The notes under the pieces were generated by a model. It did not search any database and had not been told where the DNA came from. It worked only from the letters and a program-made list of their open reading frames with translations. 64,000 nucleotides of DNA from Auanema rhodensis (lineage: Eukaryota; Animalia; Nematoda), in assembly GCA_964057225.1 (NCBI GenBank), contig OZ059898.1:6882001-6946000 (forward strand), written 5' to 3'. Made by a program: the position numbers and the translations under genes. Each line of letters starts with the position of its first letter. Position 1 is the stretch's first letter. This document shows positions 58,723 to 64,000 of this stretch, one piece after another.

Positions 58723-60651
58723 CGTTTATTCTACCTTATCCACGTGAAGAAGATGAATTGATGCAGACTTTATAGATTTAGAAGTATCTACTGTTCGTAG
58801 AATAGACAATATGAAAACCACGCCCTCCTAACATCCGTGTGGCTTCAGGAGAAAAGTGGGACATCATCCTCACAGGTCATCATGTATTAAACAATTTATA
58901 ATTAGGAACTTGTTACATTTGAAGATTTGAAAAATAATATAGATGATCTATATTTGATTTGAATAAAATGAATTATAAATTATATATAAATAGTTGGTTG
59001 GGTTCTGATTACTAACAATGATTTATAAGGTAATTTCCATATTTTAAGATTTTATAAGTAAAAGATTTATTATATATACATAACATTATTTCAATAGTAC
59101 AAGTTGTAAATAGTTTTTTGTGTTTAAATACAATATTCCATAATCAATTACTTTTAATTTTATGAATATATAGATACATATGTCTAAGACTATCAGACGC
59201 AAACTACGGTTCTTTCTGAGGTCATTTCAATTCTCATCGTTCGTCTATTGATATTTCTTCATTCGATATCAAAATATATTTAACATCGTTGTTTTGTCTA
59301 TAAAATATATTTCATTTTTTTATGAAGATACCTTTCTTATCTAATTTTCAAATAGTTATATCTATGGTTTTTTAAACCAGGTTACGTGAATATGTGTAGA
59401 AAAGTTCTGGAATACTATCTCAAGTGAATGTTGATTTTAAATTTTAGGAAAATGTTAAATAAGGTTTATTGATTCTTGATTTCCGAATCATTTCAGACCT
59501 GCTGCCATGTGGGTCAAGAGTTATCGAATAAAGAATTATTGTTCATTATGGTGATTTCTGATTTAGTACTTCAACATTTGTAGTTTTTAAACTTTCCGAC
59601 ACTTTCCTTTTTCATGATTCCCAATGGAAGATGTTAATAAGTAACATGATATTGAACTTTTTGAATCTGCTAACGATGATAAGAATAATTTATAATGTGA
59701 AAGTATTTAAGCAAAAATTTCAATAATATATTAAACAAATTTTTTTCTCTAGGTATAGTCTGTGCAATTTTGGTTTTAGACTCATCATTGTTATAAATAA
59801 TAAGACTTGGTCTTATTATCGGCTATCAGTAATTTTTTATTAGATGATAGCGCAAAAAAAGTTCAAATTAACTTCAGCCACAAAATGACTACTTTTTTCC
59901 CACAAAACTATTCAGCTTGTTACATTTATAGGTGAAAGTATTGCAACTTCTCTTTATTTTGCTTTTACATATACAGAAATAACTAGTAGATTTTCTTTCA
60001 TTTCGTGAATTCGTCCAATTTTTTTCCTTTTTTTTGGTCATTTTATGTGTGAATACTAAGCATGAGAGAATAAAGAGTTGCATTGTATCAGCAGTTTTAA
60101 CACGTAACTGTTTCTTTGGTATGTCGAACTTTTTAGTTTAAATTTGGTATTAAAATGCAACGCTGATGAATTATAAGTACGGATTATAATAAGAAGAAGT
60201 TTAATTTGGCATTGTTAATTCATTGTCAAATACTATCCAAGTATTTTCTTAACGATTGAAGCCGAAAATTCTTCAACTAATATCCACGTAGTCATCTGAG
60301 AATGACGGAAAACGGGTATTTCTAACAGGATTGAACTACAAACGCTTGTCTTACTCGCTTATGGGCTGTAATCGTCAAAGAATTTTCTTTTTTTGCGCGT
60401 ACGGTATTACATGATTACGTGGATAATCACAGGTGTAACTAGGACCAAAAAACGTTCACAAATGATTGTTTATTCAATGAATTGAATTATCTCAGTTTCT
60501 TCCTGTCTGCTTTATTGATTTATTTTCATTTTTATCGATTTATTATGCATATTATGATACTGTTTTGAAATATTATTCAAACTGTTGTTAGTAATGATCA
60601 ACTGTTACTTATTTTCGTTATTAGAAAATCATATGAAAAATGAAACATATA

Positions 60652-60858
60652 GGTCATCTGACCGACAAGAAAGCTTCACTTCTTGAGTTGAGATAACCGC
60701 ACGCGACTGCTGGAAGCGCAGCGGTCAATTCCGAGTGCAACGGGGGTTGGATTGGCACGAGAAAAAGGCTGATCCATCCATGACCGAACAGAATCTCGAA
60801 AACAATTGTAGAAATGAACTTAATCGGTTTGATTGCCGGTGGTCTTAAAAACTTTTTT
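60652..60858 (+). ncRNA. Candidate structured non-coding RNA or structured 5' leader of ppm-2 (family unassigned)
   Basis: GC-rich island with a closing stem and four hairpins containing G-U pairs that favour the + strand. All frames stop after the upstream AG. T6 run at 60853-60858. Confidence 0.4.
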
Positions 60859-61255
60859 CCAGTTTGTTTTGCCCTTTTTTTAATGTACCCTCTTGTTATG
60901 TGTTTTAAAATGCCGTGGTATTGCGCATCGATTCATATTGCTTCTTCGTTAGTTCCTGTCTCAATTTTTTTGTAATTTTTTGGGACTGTTATCTATTTGT
61001 ATAATTTACTGCAAATGTGTCTTTGGCTATGTGTTTTCAAAACATTATCTATCATGTGATCAGAGACCATCAATGGTGATAAGGTGAAATCGATTTTCAT
61101 TCTCGAATTTTACTAGTTTTGCATTATTGTTTTATATTTACTGAAGCTTAGTATCTATGATATTATGATTTTAATCGCTTTCATATCAAATTTTTATCTT
61201 TCTATGTTTACCTAAGTATTTGTTTTCCACTAAAAAAATTCTTATTAAGGCTTTC

Positions 61256-62850
61256 ATGGGCCAAACACTTAGTGAACCAGTGACGACGAAGGCGTCCGCT
61301 TCATGCGCTAATGAATCTTATTTGGTAGCTTCTAGTTGTATGCAAGGATGGAGAATAAGTTTGCTTATAATTATAAAGTTTGTCTAAGTTCAATATTTAG
61401 ATATGGAAGATGCACATACCCACTTGTTAGCATTACCTGATGACCCACACTGTGCCTTTTTCGCTGTTTATGATGGGCATGGAGGACCAAAGGTATGTTT
61501 CAACAAACAATTTGTATTTCTGAATGCTTTCTCAGGTTTCTCAGTACGCCGGAATTAATCTACATAAACAAATATTACAAACCAAGGAATATCGTAAGTT
61601 AAAATTATATATAATGTAAAATAAAATATTTTTCATTCAGGCGAAGGAAACTTGGTTGGTTCTCTTAGAAAAGGTTTTTTGGCTTTAGACGACCAGATGC
61701 GACAGGTGACCAGTTCACTTTTTCGTTTCCTAATCGTAAAAAAGCATTTTAGGACGAGGAAATGAAAGATGATGCTTCAGGAACAACAGCAGTTGTTGTT
61801 TTAATCAAGAACAAAGTATTATATTGTGGTATGTTGTTAAAACTACTTTTAAATACTTTTTATTATAAGTTTGTTTCACCACTCTTTTCAGGAAATGTTG
61901 GAGATTCGAGAGCTGTCGTATCAGTGTGTGGAGAGGCTAGACCACTTAGTTATGATCATAAACCAGCCAATGAGAGCGAGGTAATGGTTATAAGTGATAA
62001 TTATTACAAATCATAATTTCAGTCCAAAAGAATTATTGCTGCTGGTGGCTGGGTCGAGTTTAATCGAGTAAATGGAAATTTGGCTCTATCTCGAGCTTTG
62101 GGTGATTTTTGGTTTAAGAGAAACGAAGCAAAGTCCGCTGAAGAACAGATTGTTACAGGTTGGTACTTATATTATAATTCTTGTTTATTTTTATTGATTA
62201 AGCTTATCCTGAAGTCATCAAGGACGAATTATCTGACGAACATGAGTTTATGGTTCTTGCTTGTGATGGTATTTGGGATGTTATGAGCAACCAAGAAGTC
62301 GTGGACTTCATTCGTGAACGTTTAGCTGAAAAGCGAGATCCTCAAACAGTATTTTCTGATTTTCTTTACTTTTCTTATAATTTTTTTTGAAGATCTGCGA
62401 GGAACTTCTTACTCGTTGTCTAGCTCCAGATTGCCAAATGGGAGGGCTTGGCTGTGATAACATGACTGTAAGTTTTCTAGCGAATTTGAAGATTCCCAGT
62501 TATTTTTTTGTATATCTAAATTGGAAATCTTTAGGTTGTCATTGTTGGCTTCCTTCAAGGTGATTCTGCAAATGCTTTAGCAGCGAAATGTGCAAGGCAA
62601 GCTGTAATAACTAACCAGGTAACTAACAAAGTAAGTATTGTGTATGTCTTAGTGATTTAATGAATTGCTGTCCGTTAAGGTGATAGGAGAATTTGATGAA
62701 AGTGCAGCGGGATCTTGGAATCTAAATGTAGAATCGGAGAAAGAAGAAGGATTCCATACTCCTCAACCATCGCCAAATCCTGATAAGGAATTGGCCAATA
62801 CCGAAGAAAATTCAGACAATGATCAACCTCCTAGTGAATTTAGTACATAA
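61256..62850 (+). CDS. ppm-2: Protein phosphatase 2C (PPM family, Ptc2/3-like)
   Basis: [12 protein letters not shown]; MQGWRINMEDAH; [10 protein letters not shown]; GNVGDSRAV; LSYDHKP; [15 protein letters not shown]; LACDGIWDV; GLGCDNMT. Confidence 0.95.
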
Positions 62851-63545
62851 GGTTTATTTACTTATAAGAATTGTTAAACGTGTTGCTTGTTACAGGCAAT
62901 GCGTATTGGAACGGATAATTCGTTCCGCTACAAAGGGAATAATTAACGTGCAAACTTGGGTATTTTGTATATTTCTGCACAATTCTCATATTAACCATAT
63001 TTAGAGTATTGTTTTTATTTACCAGGAATTTATACATTGATTTAAACTGATTTCTATAGTAATCCTGCAGGTCGATATAATCTTACGCATCTTCTAAACC
63101 TGGCTTTATCCAGTGCTTTGATATCGCTATTCACGACTTATTTCTCTGAATCTGCTGTGATATTATTGCTCATTGCACGTTACATCTACATCAGTTGTCC
63201 CTTGAGATCGTATTACCTGTCGATAAGTTTCATTCATTAAATGTTTTTACCTAAACACTTGTAAGCCTTCTTGTGATTTGTTTGTTTTTTATTCATAAAT
63301 TCCTCCAGGAAATGCCTTATCCTTACGCAACAATGGATGTGTAATGATTATAATGCTTCACGATTATTCTATACAGTTTGTCCTGCTACACTTTCCTGTT
63401 ACTTACACCAAAGTAGGTCTAGGGTCTTCTTTTTTCTGTTCCAATTGTTTTATTTTGAAAGAATTGGCAAGTACCTAAGCTTGTACCAATATCGTTAAGT
63501 GCTGATGTAACTGTTTTGTAAATAGATTGTTGAAAGAATAAAAAT

Positions 63546-64000
63546 TTACTTCATATACTGGAAATTAACATGATCTATCAGTTAGTTAGTTAACATAAAA
63601 CGTGCATAAGTTAGGATACAAAAAACTCCTATCTAGTAAACAAACTTATTACTATAAGTCACCTCGTACCCAGAAAATGGACCAGCAGTAACGGGTGCTT
63701 CCGAGTAGTGAGGATTAGAAAACTGAAACAAATCATACTTACTATACTATAATCACATAACTGAACTTACAGATGTAGATTGGGTGTTAGAACGTGGAGT
63801 TTCGTCAGAAGGGTTTCTATTAGCAGTAGTACTTTCACCATTAGCAGGGACGACATTGTCGTTGAAAAGAGGATTATCAAATTCAACTCTAACACAGTTC
63901 GTGGGCTGAGGAGCACGGGGTGTTCTAAAAACATTCATATGTTAGAATTATTAATATTAATCTCTATACCTTATGCTGTTAATATTAGGTATGTGGTTTC
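63546..64000 (-). CDS. 3' end of a gene (continues beyond the window) whose tail carries two NPx(Y/F) motifs, LDLR/LRP-family-like
   Basis: Spliced tail ...NINSIRTPRAPQPTNCVRVEFDNPLFNDN...TSFSNPHYSEAPVTAGPFSGYEYMK*. Confidence 0.55.

Noticed and set aside
60652-60847. Minus strand loosely resembles U3 snoRNA (AAGAC start, TCATTTCTA, terminal stem)
   Set aside because: Box A' is absent, boxes B/C are not in the right order, and helices contain C-A mismatches on this strand.

Overview
AT-rich (visually ~30% GC) eukaryotic DNA from a rhabditid-type nematode, with very short introns (mostly ~40-55 nt), trans-splice-like acceptors just before start codons, and operon-like gene spacing. I assembled about 19 spliced protein-coding genes by hand. 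Left to right: him-18/SLX4 head-to-head with tnsl-1/TONSL; a secreted non-cuticular collagen with a small cysteine-containing C-terminal head; a 4-TM claudin-like gene; a likely operon MITD1-psme-3-PI4KIIIalpha; an Srd-class chemoreceptor; a PGAP2/Frag1-like gene; an uncharacterised multi-TM gene; tRNA-Glu(TTC); an SXP/RAL-2 gene; a TSP1 membrane protein; rcan-1, pst-2 and rps-12 followed by two divergent genes (possibly ska-3, then a beta-rich BC-box protein); a secreted Cys-rich protein; ppm-2; and the 3' end of an NPxY-tailed receptor. The most notable observations are: pervasive AAG (and some GAG) splice acceptors; a collagen with an ApeC-like head placed in operon geometry behind tnsl-1; a GC-rich multi-hairpin non-coding element upstream of ppm-2; a structured rps-12 intron with a stop-generating cryptic acceptor; and a candidate neuron-regulated 42-nt PI4KIIIalpha cassette exon. 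There are no prokaryotic systems or CRISPR arrays. Exon boundaries, orthology and C. elegans locus names come from manual reading and memory and need confirmation.
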